This document shows, in pieces, positions 10,801 to 22,341 of a stretch of DNA of 64,000 bases (within the stretch, counting starts at the first letter, position 1; each line of letters starts with the position of its first letter). A program made the translations under genes and the position numbers. Origin of the DNA: Azolla caroliniana (Eukaryota; Plantae; Polypodiophyta); assembly GCA_043228905.1 (NCBI GenBank), contig JBHGNT010000006.1, positions 15,128,001 through 15,192,000 of the forward strand. The letters run 5' to 3'. Under the pieces are notes generated by a model. The model did no database searches. It was given only the letters and a program-made list of their open reading frames with translations, and was not told the DNA's origin.

Positions 10801-13594
10801 TCAATTTCTTCTTTCACACGGGTCGTGTAATTGGGGTTCATGCGGTAGCGGCGCTGCTGGACGGGTTTCGCGTCAGTTGCTAAATTGATCTTATGTTGAA
10901 AGAACTTGGGATCTAACCCCTTCATGTCCTCGTGAGCCCAAGCAAACACATCTTTGTATTCCGTGAGTAGTGCGATCATCGTGACTCTCTGGTCCGGCCT
11001 TAATTCCTTTGTGATGGTGAGGAACCGGGGCTCTGATTCCGTACCCACATGTACTTCTTCGAGGGCGTACGTGGTGACTCATCGTGAAATCTCCATTTCC
11101 CTTTCGAACGACGCCCGTGCTCTGCTGAGTTCCAATATGGACTCTGGGTTTGGTGCGTAAGGCTCGTCGTGGGGAATAGTGGTCGTGGCATATTCTACCG
11201 CGGTTGCGATGACATCTATTTCGAACAACGGAATAATCCGAGGGTGTTCGTCGAGGTATGCCTCCAATTCTGCATCCTCTACCCCGGCCAGCATATTTAT
11301 GTCCTCCGCGTATAACGGTGTTATACCCTTAGGTTGCGGCATGCTGCCTTCCGTCGGTACGCGAACCTTGGTGCGTCCATGCCGGAAACTGATACACTCG
11401 TGTTGCCAGCTCTGCTTGATATTTGATGTCCGAGGCCATGGTCTGCCCAGAAGCACCGGGTACGCTCCTAGGGCGTTCAAAGCGAGGACGACCGCCGAGA
11501 TGTTGAAGCGGTGTCCGCCCACGATGATGCCTATTTTGCGAATTAACCCCAGCGATCGCACTGAGCGGGTATCTGCCATGTGGAGCCAGAATGGACACAC
11601 CTCCCATTCTGAAATGGTTAATTGCTCGCAAGTTTTCGCGCTAATTACATTGATGCCTGAGCCGCCGTCGATTACGAATCCAGGAACTTCCTATCCGTGC
11701 ACTATTACTGTAATAGCCGGGTTGTGCTGATCCACCACCGGCGGTCCATCGCTAACGTCTGTCAGGTTTGTGGCGACCCTTGCCCCGGGTATGCCCGTCA
11801 CCCATTCTTCCATAGTCTGGCGGAAGCGTGGAACTAGCTGTAGCATTCTTTCCATGGTTAACGTTATTTCACAGCCTGGTAACGCCTGCCAAATGGGGTC
11901 CGGACCCGGTCTTTCGTTCTCTGTTTGCTCCATTGTGTTCGCGCACTCCTGCCGCATACGTTCCGTATTGGTCGCGTTTGCTTTTTCCACCCACGCTTGG
12001 GCTTGTCGGCGTACCTCGTCTTGCGCAACCCAATCCGTCGTTTTTGTTTGCTGGCATGTCGTGACTTGTTGCACCTCCGCCGTAATCATATTGACAGCGG
12101 GCCCCTTTCCCTTGCATGCTAGGCATTGCGTGGCATAATGTCCGGGTTGTTGACAAATAAAACAATGGATGCTTGATTCTCCCTTCTCGGCTCTAGGTGG
12201 TCTGTGTCGCTCCCCTGGTGCTACTTGCTCTTCGCGGTCTGGCCTCGTTTGTCGGAACGTACGCGGTGGCTGCTGTTGGTCCAGTCATTGTTCCTGGTGC
12301 CGCTCATCCCCCGAGCTTTCGTCGTAATGCCGGTGATCCCTATATTGCTGTGGCTTACCCCGATAGCCATTGAAGCCGCCCCGTTTGTTTGTCGGTCGTT
12401 GATTCTCATAGCGCCGACCCCCTTTGGCGTAACTTGGATGTCCACGATAATCCTCGTCCTCTGGATCGTCCTCCTCGGAATCATTGTGGTTCCGGCGATT
12501 CCGGTGGTACCGGTCCTCCCGCGGTTGCGATCCTTATACCAGGGTCAGTCTTCTTGCCTCCTTTGTTCAGCTCGGTGCGGTTGACGCTGTGTGTCCATGT
12601 TGCGGACTGCAGGAGTGGCTCTGTTTAACATATTGTACTCGCATTGGTCGACTGTGTGAGCCTTCGAGTGGCAGATTGGGCAGTGGATTCACATATTGCA
12701 CTCCACTGCGGAATGCCCCGAGTTCAAGCAAATCGTGCACTGGATTGCTTCACGAAACTGGCGTTCCTCGTCCTGAGGTAACACTTGTCGTAAGGAGGAC
12801 ATAGAAAACCTTTCCTCCTCGTCATCCAACTCGAGTTGTAACGCTTGTTCAATTACCATATTCGCCGTTTCCCCTTTCACGCTATTGTTGTTGAGCGTTG
12901 CCCAAATGGGCCGGCGTAAAGCCGCCAGAAATGTTTCCCGAGCCTCGTCCTCCGCGGGGCTTCGTTCCAGTTTCCGTCGTGAATTTTGGAAACGTAAGCT
13001 GAAGTCCGTTATCGTCTCGTTCGGTAGTTGCTTAATTATATAAAACTGCCCGAGAATCTCGCGTTGTGGAACCCTCTGATGGAAGAATCGCAAGAAAGTG
13101 GACTGCAGCTGATTGAAGGTTGTTATGGCTAGTAAATCCATCAGTGAATGCCAAAATGCCGCATGCCCATCTAATGTTAATTCGAACTCCGTCATTTTCG
13201 ACTGGTGTGCCACCATCTCGGTGAGATTTTGTGCCATGTGGTTCGCATTCCAGACATTCAGGAACATGCGAATATGAGTTGCAGCGTCGGTTTCGCCATT
13301 AAAGCGGGGGTAGGCAAAGGCCATAGTGGGAGCTACGGCGGGTCGAGAAAGACCACATGGTGGCTATGGTGAGCGTGGTCCCCGCGTCTCATCGAGGTAT
13401 TTGGGGAGTGAAGAATCTTCTTTGCTCTCACGGCAGGTAGTACTGGGGTTGCTGAGGCACGGCTTTTGCCGTGCGCGTTCTTCTGTCTGGCGTGTGACGG
13501 ACCTTGTTATTGGCCGGTCTTGTCGTGTTGGTTCTCTAGGTCGTCTGCAGCTAAACATCCATTCGTTGTTGCTCATCTGTGAGAAAACACAGAT

Positions 13595-13608
13595 CACCAG
13601 GCATGCCA
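13595..13608 (-). other. PBS of element A, tRNA-Arg(UCU) type
   Basis: TGGCATGCCTGGTG, 4 nt after the LTR end ...GGCAACA. Confidence 0.75.
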
Positions 13609-13612
13609 AAAG

Positions 13613-14052
13613 TGTTGCCATTTAGGAACACGGTCCGCGGTCAGTTCTTCGACCTAGACCTCAAAGTGGGTGTGGAACAACGAACAGGTGTTTAAGCGTA
13701 ATGCGTAAGGGAAGAACCCCTGTAACCTATCAGCGTATAAGGGGAGACGGCTACAACCGAATCCCTATCAAGGGTTATACTTACGTACTCAAACGCTTAA
13801 GTATTCAAGACACACACACTGAATTAGTCGTAGCTATACACAGAAAATCAGAGAAGATAGAATTCTATTATCAGGCGTTTCTTTACATTCCCAAAATTAC
13901 ACGCACCTCCATCAAAGGTTTTCTGCCCTTTATATATGCAGGGTCTATTTAGCCGTTCACGCTTCCTGCGTGAACCGTTACATGCGTTATGCTCTTATAT
14001 AATTTCTTATTCCTACGCTTTTGTCCGTCGGTTACTATTCCGGTGGACAACA
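13613..14052 (-). repeat. 5' LTR of element A (440 bp)
   Basis: TGTTG...CAACA terminal inverted repeats; adjacent PBS. Confidence 0.8.
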
Positions 14053-14469
14053 ACCACGATGTGCACTCTCGATTGCAACATTCATTGGTAAAGTTCTTGA
14101 ACATTGAGAGTCTCTACTCACCTTCACACGTATCACGTGAAATGTAATATTTTTGGTCTCAGAGATCATATTTGACCTCCGAAGACGATAATATAATCTA
14201 TCTATCCATATATATCTCTCTCTGTACAACACAACAACAACAACATACAACAATATTGCCCTACTTATATTTATACTTACATAACTTTGGGGCTATTTAC
14301 AAATATAGCCTCAATGGCCCATAAGAAACATATTTACAAATTTGTCTCTCTTCACAGTTCATACTAGATACGGCTGAACTCCTTCCGGTTCCATCCGGTT
14401 CAGCTTCCTCCTCTGGATCCTCCGATCCGGCTCGATCAGTCCCCATCCGGAGGGACTGATATCTCAACA
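14053..14469 (-). mobile_element. Copia-type LTR remnant, related to the LTRs of the 28766 element
   Basis: Minus strand begins TGTTGAGATATCAGTCCCTCCGGATGGGG, compared with TGTTGGGATTTACGGTCCCTCCGGATGGG; shares the GAGGCTATATTTGTAAATAGCCC motif. Confidence 0.75.
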
Positions 14470-15402
14470 TGATCATCTACTTGGATGATCTGTTAGTTTA
14501 TTCAAAGAAACTAGAGGATCATGATTCTCATGTACTATTAGTACGAAGAGGACTATGAGAACATGGTCTTTATGCAAAGTTGGAAAAGTGTAGTTTTGAC
14601 TATAACCTGGTGGAATTTCTAGGGTATGTCATCTCCTCGGAAGGCATCTTTAAGGATCCAGCTAAAGTCCAAACTGGGTTAGAGTGGCAGACTCTAGGTT
14701 CTTTGTGAGATGTGCAATGCTTTTTAGGATTCGCGAATTTCTCTCACAAGTTTATACAAGACTACTCAAAGCTTATTTTGCCACTCACACAGCTTACAAA
14801 GAAGGGGCAATCGTTTGTTTGGACTAAGGAAGCGGACACAGCTTTTGAGGGTCTCAAGAAAGCATTTATATCAGCTCCTGTTCTAGCTCATGTTGATCCG
14901 CATGAACCATTTATCATTGAGGCAGATGCGTCAGATTTCACCCTTGGTAGTATTTTGTCACAGCAAGGCGACAATGAGAAGCTACATCCTGTGGCTTTCC
15001 ACTTGTGGAAATTTGATGCCGCCGAAATCAACTACGAGATACATAGCAAGGAGCTATTAGCAATAGTGGACTCTTTTGCACAATGGAGGCATTTTTAGAA
15101 AGATATCCTCATCAAGTCATTGTATTCAGTGATCACAAGAATCTTGCCTACTTCCAGAATGCTCACGTATTAAATAGATGACAAGCTCGGTGGGCTCAAT
15201 TCCTCACTCATTTAGATTTCAAGATTATATATTGTCCAAGCAAGCAACAAGGAAAGGCAGATGCATTATCATGATGCTCGTATCTAGCTCCTCGTCTTGG
15301 TGATCCGGCATTCGACAATCAAAAGCAAGTAATCCTGGGTCCGACACGACTTCAAGCAACGTGGGTTTTTGACACTCCATTAGATTCCCGCATTATCAAT
15401 AC
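14470..15402 (+). pseudogene. Chromovirus (Tcn1-like) RT-RNase H fragment
   Basis: IIYLDDL, FLGFANF, EADASD and KELLAI motifs with stops. Probably the same copy as 21661-21906 plus 37518-38773. Confidence 0.85.
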
Positions 15403-15841
15403 TGATAGGGTGATGATAGAAAGAAGAGATAAAGAAGATATATAGATCCAAAGCAGTAAAGATCTATTGATAATGAATGATCATGATGGAACGAAGAGAG
15501 AGAGAAGATACATAAATCCAAGTCTACAATGACATATTGATAACAACTCAACCAACACTACATGAATGGGAAATAAAACATTATAAGAAAGAGAATAAGA
15601 ACCCCCAACCTTACTCTCCTCCTCTTAATACAACGGTAGCACTTCCAAGATCCTCTTCTATCCTCCCATTCTCACTTCTTATTCTTCCTCCTTCCTCTCT
15701 TTTTCACGCTTTTTTTAAAAGTTATAAAACAACTACCTTCTGTCATGATATGGCATGACTCGAACCCATCCTTCCTCTCTTTTTCACGCATTTTTTGGAA
15801 GATGTTTGTCTCCTATTTTTAGCTATAATACAACGACCTTC

Positions 15842-18800
15842 TGTCATGATATGGCAAGACTCGAACCCATGACCTTACATTATATGGGTCGAGCTCTTGA
15901 CCATTAGACTATATGTTGTAATACAAAAGACATTATTTTCATTTAAGTTTTACTATAGAAAATCAATGTATATTCTAGATTTCTCTAGAACATTCTAGAA
16001 ACTTAAGGAGTACTCCTGAGAACACTATAAAAGGAGGCACAAGGCATTATTTCGAACCAAATCGGTTCAACGCCAGTCGTAAGCCTCCTAGCTACTACTG
16101 TATATTCTCTTCACATAATATATATATTTTGTTATCATCATTCTCTCTCTCTCTCTCTCTCTCTCACTATTTCCTTCTCTCAAGAGTTCTACACCTCTCT
16201 TAGTACTAATCCTCATCTTTTAGTACTAATTCCTTCTCTGTCTTAGTACTGTTCCTGACAATTTGAACTGATTTTTCACCTCTTTCCTCATCTTCCTTTT
16301 ATCTTCTTACGTTTCCCTCCCTCCATACTAATATCTTATTCCTCTTTCCTCTCATACTAATGCGTTTTCTCGGAGTTGCAATGCTTGAAAGAGAAGTTCC
16401 TTGCTTTGGAACAAGAAAATTAACGATTGTTGGGGGATCTTCAACAAATCTCCTTAGAAAAGCAGCAGACGCAACAACATGGGGAACTAGCATTACATGT
16501 GCAACAACTCGAAGCAACCATAGTAGCGATGCAACAACAAGGACCCAGTACACAAGGGATTCATAAAGAACCCAAGATCGACCTTCCCATGAAATTCGAT
16601 GGAACGTGATTGCAATTTATAGGATTCCTTAATCAGGTACGATTAGTCATTCAAATGCATCCTTCCCGTTATCCCACCGATGCATCACAAGTGGGTTTAG
16701 TAGGCACGTTGTTAAGTGGCTTAGCTTTGGCATGGTTCGCTCCATTGTTAGAAAACAAATCTCCTTTACTAAACAATTTTGAAGACTTTTTAAGTGAGTT
16801 TAAACCTGTTTTGGAGATACTGACAGCATAAGGACAACAATCAACAAAATCCGATGATTATGTCAAGGTGATCGTCCAACCACTGCATACACTACAGATT
16901 TCCGCCTACTTGCCTCCAATATCCCCTGGGATGACCAAACACTAATGGAGCAATTTCGTTATGGTCTACGTAACGATGTCAAGCAATTTCGTTATGGTCT
17001 ACGTAACAATGTCAAGGATTTACTCTTGACCTTCCCCAAAGAACCAAAGTCATTGGTAGAAGCAATCAGTCATGCGGTGAGATGCGACAATCGTCTTTTT
17101 GAACGATGTTCGAAATGTCAGATCCAGGTGCCAATGGAAAGATCAGAGCCCACCTACGCCTCAGTGGTAGCAAAACCTTTTCCGCGGGATTCATATAATG
17201 TGTCTCCAGTGAATACTCCAACTCCGATGGAAATTGACACTACACGTCGTCGCAGACCATTATCAAAAGAACAAAATCAGCAACGCCGAGCAAATCGACT
17301 ATGTCTTTATTGCGGTGGACTAGGGCATATTGCAGTGAACTGTCCTCATAGGCCAAGAAGACAGGTAAAACAAATAGTTGCTAGTTCTAATTGTACTAAA
17401 CTCGAGTCTATTTCAGTAGGAATATCTGATAGTCCCAATAGTATTAATAGCCTAAATCTATTGAACAAATTTGATGTCCTTAGTCAATTACAAGAAGAGT
17501 TAAATGACTGAGTCCAGCCAAAATAAGAGTCATTTGGTTGGATAGCCCTGGATCTGTGCAACCCATTAGTGGTTCCATTCCCTCTAAGCAAGTTAGCAAT
17601 GTGTTCTTAGCCTAAGTAACAATTAGTACTAAAAGTACCTCTCTAGTACATGTCTCAGCACTCCTAGATTCCGAAGCTAATTCTTGCTTCATGGATAGGA
17701 ATTTTTCCTAAGCTCATCAAATATCCCTAAGAAAACTCTCGTGTCCAGCCTCTGTAGTAGTCATTGACTAAGGACATATCGTCAAGAAAAAGGATGGATT
17801 ACTTCGTCTCGTTGTAGATTATCGTTGCTTGAATCAGGTCACCATTAGGAATAGGTATGCACTTCCCCTTATCCCAAGTCTTTTAGAATGGATCAATGGT
17901 GCAAGGTTCTTCACAAAGATCGACTTACGAAGAGCATATAACCTCGTACGGATCTGACCGGGAGATGAATGGAAGACCGTGTTTTGCACCAGATATGGGC
18001 ACTTTGAGTATACGGTCATGCCATTCGGCCTCACTAATGCACCAACAATCTTCCAGCACATGGCAAATGATATATTCCGAGATCTCTTGGATGTTTTTTT
18101 TATCATCTATTTGGATGATCTATGGTTTTATTCAAAGACCCAAGAAGAGCATGATTCTCATGTACTGTAGTCTAAAACGACTTCGAGAACATGGTCTTTA
18201 TGCAAAACTGGAAAAATGTGGTTTCGAGTGCAACCAGGTAGAATTTCTAGGCTATGGCATTTGCTCGGAAGGTATCTCCATGGATCCAGCTAAGGTCAAA
18301 ACGGTGGTAGAGTGGCAGACTCCGCGTTCATTGTGAGATGTACAATGCTTTTTATAGGCTTTGCCAATTTCTACCGCAAGTTTATACAGGATTACTCAAA
18401 GCTTGTTCTGCCTCTCACACAACTTACCAGGAAGTGAAAATCGTTCGTTTGGTCTGAAGAAGCTTACATGTCTTTTGAGATTCTTAAGAAGGCATTTACA
18501 TCAGCTCCTATTCTAGCTCATGTTGATCCAGAAAAACCATTCATCATTGAAGCAGACACGTCGGATTTCGCCTTGGGTAACATTCTGTCACAACAAGGCG
18601 ATGATGAAAAGCTACATCAATGTGGTTTTCCACTCACGCAAGTTTGAAGCCACCGAAATCAACTATTAAATTCATGATAAGGAGCTATTAGCAATAATGG
18701 ACTCTTTTACGCAATGGAGGCATTTTCTAGAGGGATCTTCTCATCAAGTCACCGTATTCAATGATCACAAAAACCTTGCCTACTTTCAGAATGCTCGTGT

Positions 18801-20803
18801 GTTAAATCAACATCAAGCTTGGTGGGCCCAATTCCTCACTTGTTTCAACTTCAAAATTACATGTCGTCTGGGCAAGCAACAAGGGAAGGTAGATGCATTA
18901 TCACGGCGCTCGTATCTAGCACTGCGTCCTAGCGAGCCAGCTTTCGATAACCAAAAGCAAGTAATCCTGGGACCGGCACGACTGCAAGCAACGCAGGTCT
19001 TCGGTATGGCCTTGGATTCCTATGTTATCGATACCATACGTGAGGACTTGAAGGTAGATGCTTTTGCCCAAGCCATTCTAGCACAAATTGATCCCTCTCG
19101 AGCATCTTGTTCACAATCGCAACAACCAAGTACGTACTATCAACAATTCGAATGTCATGATGGATTACTATTCTTTAAGAAACTCTTGTATGTTCCTAAT
19201 GGTTCTTGTCGCCTTCGAGTAGTCCAAAACTGTCATGACACATATACAATTGGGCATTTTGGTAGTACTAAAACATTAGATTTAGTACAACGATCATTTT
19301 GGTGGCCCCATATGCGACAATTTGTCGAAGATTTTTTTCAAACTTGTGATACATGTTGAACAACAAAAATGCCAAGGCATCATCCATATGGTTTATTGGA
19401 ACCATTACCAATTCCAAGCAAGCCATGACAATCCATTGCTCTAGATTTCATCACAGATCTTCCGATCTCTAAGGGATTCGATGCAATCTTAACAGTAGTA
19501 GATCGATATACGAAGATGACCCATTTCTTGCCATGTACTAAGGAAATCTCCAGTGAAGAAACCGCCGAAACTGCCATGCATGACGTATGTCGGCCTCATG
19601 GCCTTCCCGATAGTATCATCAGCGACCGTAGACCCCAGCTCATCTCGAAATTCTGGAAGCACCTCTTTAAAATGCTCAAGGTCACTTGTAACCTCTTCCC
19701 CAGCTACCACCCGCAAATAGACGGCCAAGTAGAATGAACAAATGAAACGTTGGAGCAATATCATCAAGATGACTGGGCCAATATTCTCCACTTCGTCGAA
19801 TTTGCGTATAATAACTCTATCCACTTATCGACAAAGGTTACACCATTTTATGCTTATACTGGCTGTCACCCCCGCTGGTGTGTATTTGAAACCCTAGAGT
19901 TACCCACAAATCCTTGCGCAGAGGATCATTTGGAGCAGTTACACAAGATACAAGTGGATTTATCTACTCATCTATAGCAAGCTCAACAAACACACAAGGT
20001 TTACGCGGATCGTCATCGGCTTCCATCCAGTTTTAACATTGGAGATCGGGTATGGCTACTACAACGACACATCAAGACTACTCGCCCATGAGAGAAGTTG
20101 GATTATCAGCGATTAGGTCCTTTCCGTATTATCGGAAAAATTAATGATGTCACTTTTCGTCTGGATCTACCTCCACAACTTCGGATACATCTGGTGTTTC
20201 ATAGTTCTCTCCTCGAACCCTATCAAGACAACACCATCCCAGGTCGTATTAAACAACCTCCACCCCCGATCGAACTTGAAGATGGACCTGAGTACGAGGT
20301 TGCCGCCATTCTCGATTCCAAGATTGTTCGCAACAAGCTCTATTATTTAATTGATTGGCTAAGATATAGTCCCAGCAAGCGTACTTGGGAACCAGTAGAG
20401 AATGTGACTAATGCTCGTGGTGTTTTTGAAGACTTCCATCATCAATATCTAGACAAACCAAGTCCTAAATCCAAAACGACTCGTGACACTCATCATTTTA
20501 AAGGGGGGATAGTGTCATGATATGGCGAGACTCAAACCAATGACATTATGTTATATGGGTCGAACTCTTCACCATTAGACTATATGTTGTAATATGAAGG
20601 ATATTATTTTCATTTAAGTTTTACTATAGAAAATTGATGTATATTCCAGATTTCTCTAGAACATTCTACAAACTTTAGGAGTACTCCTGAGAACACTATA
20701 AAAGGAGGCACAATGCATTATTTCGAACCAAATTGGTTCAACGCTAGTCTTAAGCCTCCTAGCTACTACTATATATTCTCTTCATATAATATATATCTTT
20801 TGT

Positions 20804-20848
<45 letters not shown>

Positions 20849-20964
20849 ATATATCCCTCTCTCTCTCTCACTCTTTCCTTCTCTCGAGGGTTCTACACCT
20901 CTCTTAGTACTAATCCTCATCTTTTAGTACTAATTCCTTCTCTGTCTTAGTATTGTTACTGAGA
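15842..20964 (+). mobile_element. Full-length degenerate Tcn1/Tf1-type chromovirus; LTRs 15842-16260 and 20513-20964; TSD CCTTC
   Basis: gag with CCHC knuckle (CLYCGGLGHIAVNC), protease remnant, RT (YLDD), RNase H, integrase, chromodomain (EYEVAAILDS...YLIDW...TWEP); PPT AAAGGGGGGATAG; CCTTC on both flanks; internal deletion near 17770. Confidence 0.93.
16263..16273 (+). other. Self-priming PBS (Tf1 type)
   Basis: TTGAACTGATT is complementary (one G:U pair) to AATCGGTTCAA at 16060-16070, 34 nt after TATAAAA at 16026; no tRNA-type TGG PBS. Confidence 0.8.
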
Positions 20965-21660
20965 CCTTCTAATCGTCATATCTCCCTTACCCAAGCTCCA
21001 AATTTCTAGATCTAAAGTTCTAAGGATAGCTGACTTCACGAGCTTTCTAACCCATATTTGCACATTATATTTGGGTTTCAAACGAAAGAGTTATGATCGT
21101 TCGTTTGAGATTATGTTTTGGTGGCCTGCTTTTTTCTTCTTTTACTTTTCTCCATGTGTCTTGCTTTTAGTTTGACTTATCCTCAAGATCTTGGTTCATG
21201 TTCTTGCCCTTCGGGTGTGAACGCACTATACCTTATATTCTTATAGACTTCAATACCTTGAATTCTAAAAATACTTTAACATTTAGCCCTCCTCCTTGCT
21301 TCTTGGTGGACCATTTATGGTGAACCCTAAGCTACTAATAAAACCAAAGATTCTCCTTCACCTTATTCATGGCTATAGACAAAGAAGGAGAGAATAAATA
21401 AAAAAGAAACAAATTATGTGAGTAAACCCCCGCTAGTCGGTAGGAAAAACCTCACACTCTTGAACACACCCACACAAACACCTTGACAATTGTCTTCACC
21501 ATCTTTCTCCTTGTCAACACAAAGGAAGAGGTTACCACAATTATTATGTCTTTGTCAACTCTCCAAACACGAGTAGGGTCATGCGATACATAGCTCTTGA
21601 GAGAAGCAAGCATGTCAACATATGAATAAACCTTTCAAGCAAGCGAACCTTTCTCTAGAT

Positions 21661-21906
21661 TACAGATCCCAAGAAAACCGTGGCAATATATTTCTCTAGA
21701 TTTTATCACAGATTTTCTGGATTCGAAGGGCTTCAATGCGATCTTAACAGTGGTAGATCACAGGAATTGTTATGCGTGAAGTACTTCGGCATCATGGTCT
21801 TCCCAACAGTATCATCAATAATCGTGGACCTCAATTCGTGTCTAGATTTTGGAAGAATCTCTTCAAAATGCTCAAGGTCACCTGCAATCTCTCCTCCAGC
21901 TATCAT
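21661..21906 (+). pseudogene. Chromovirus integrase fragment, interrupted by element B
   Basis: IPRKPWQ.ISLDFITD...SSYH, which resumes as PQIDGQAER at 37518. Confidence 0.85.
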
Positions 21907-22341
21907 TGTTAACTCTTAGGGCCGGACAATGGCCTAACACAAGGTGTCTACGGAAGACATTTCACCAAAGGGGTGTTACGGCAAGAGGATTAGGCTCAAC
22001 GATTAATCCGACTTAATTAGGTTACTTAGCAAGATCGTCCTTAATAATCACACGCGTAAGATATAACAATGAATGCAGAATGGCAATTAACACAGAGAGA
22101 TAAAAACACTAAGATTCATTAATTATCCGTTGCTCATTACATTGTATCTGGGCCTTTAAATAGGTTTCCGGTTTGTAGTACAAAACGGTGTCATCCGCAC
22201 CTGTTCGGGATCGGTCCGGATCCGGAACGGCATACCGATTCCGGTCCGTCCGTCCACACTAATAGCTTACTTACAACCATTCCTTAATAATTAAATAACT
22301 CCTTCGTTTCACACTCTGGACTCCTTTGCAGGCCGGTAACA

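Larger units (their letters stand above)
5760..14052 (-). mobile_element. Element A: degenerate Athila/Tat-like (non-chromovirus) Ty3/Gypsy retrotransposon, 3' end lost
   Basis: Order is 5' LTR, PBS, gag (12689-13324), protease (11079-12089), RT (9909-11048, FLDD), RNase H (9351-9878), integrase (8222-9256, WTGPY), extra ORF. Many stops and frameshifts. Confidence 0.92.
15403..21281 (-). mobile_element. 3' LTR (about 0.75 kb net) of an unidentified LTR element, split by the 15842-20964 insertion; PPT at about 21282-21303
   Basis: TGATA...TAACA ends; on the minus strand AAGAAGCAAGGAGGAGGGCTAAA precedes TGTTAAAG. Confidence 0.6.

Noticed and set aside
15845-15920. Functional tRNA gene (also 5682-5752)
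   Set aside because: A and B boxes are present but acceptor and anticodon stems do not pair; recorded as promoter-like modules only.
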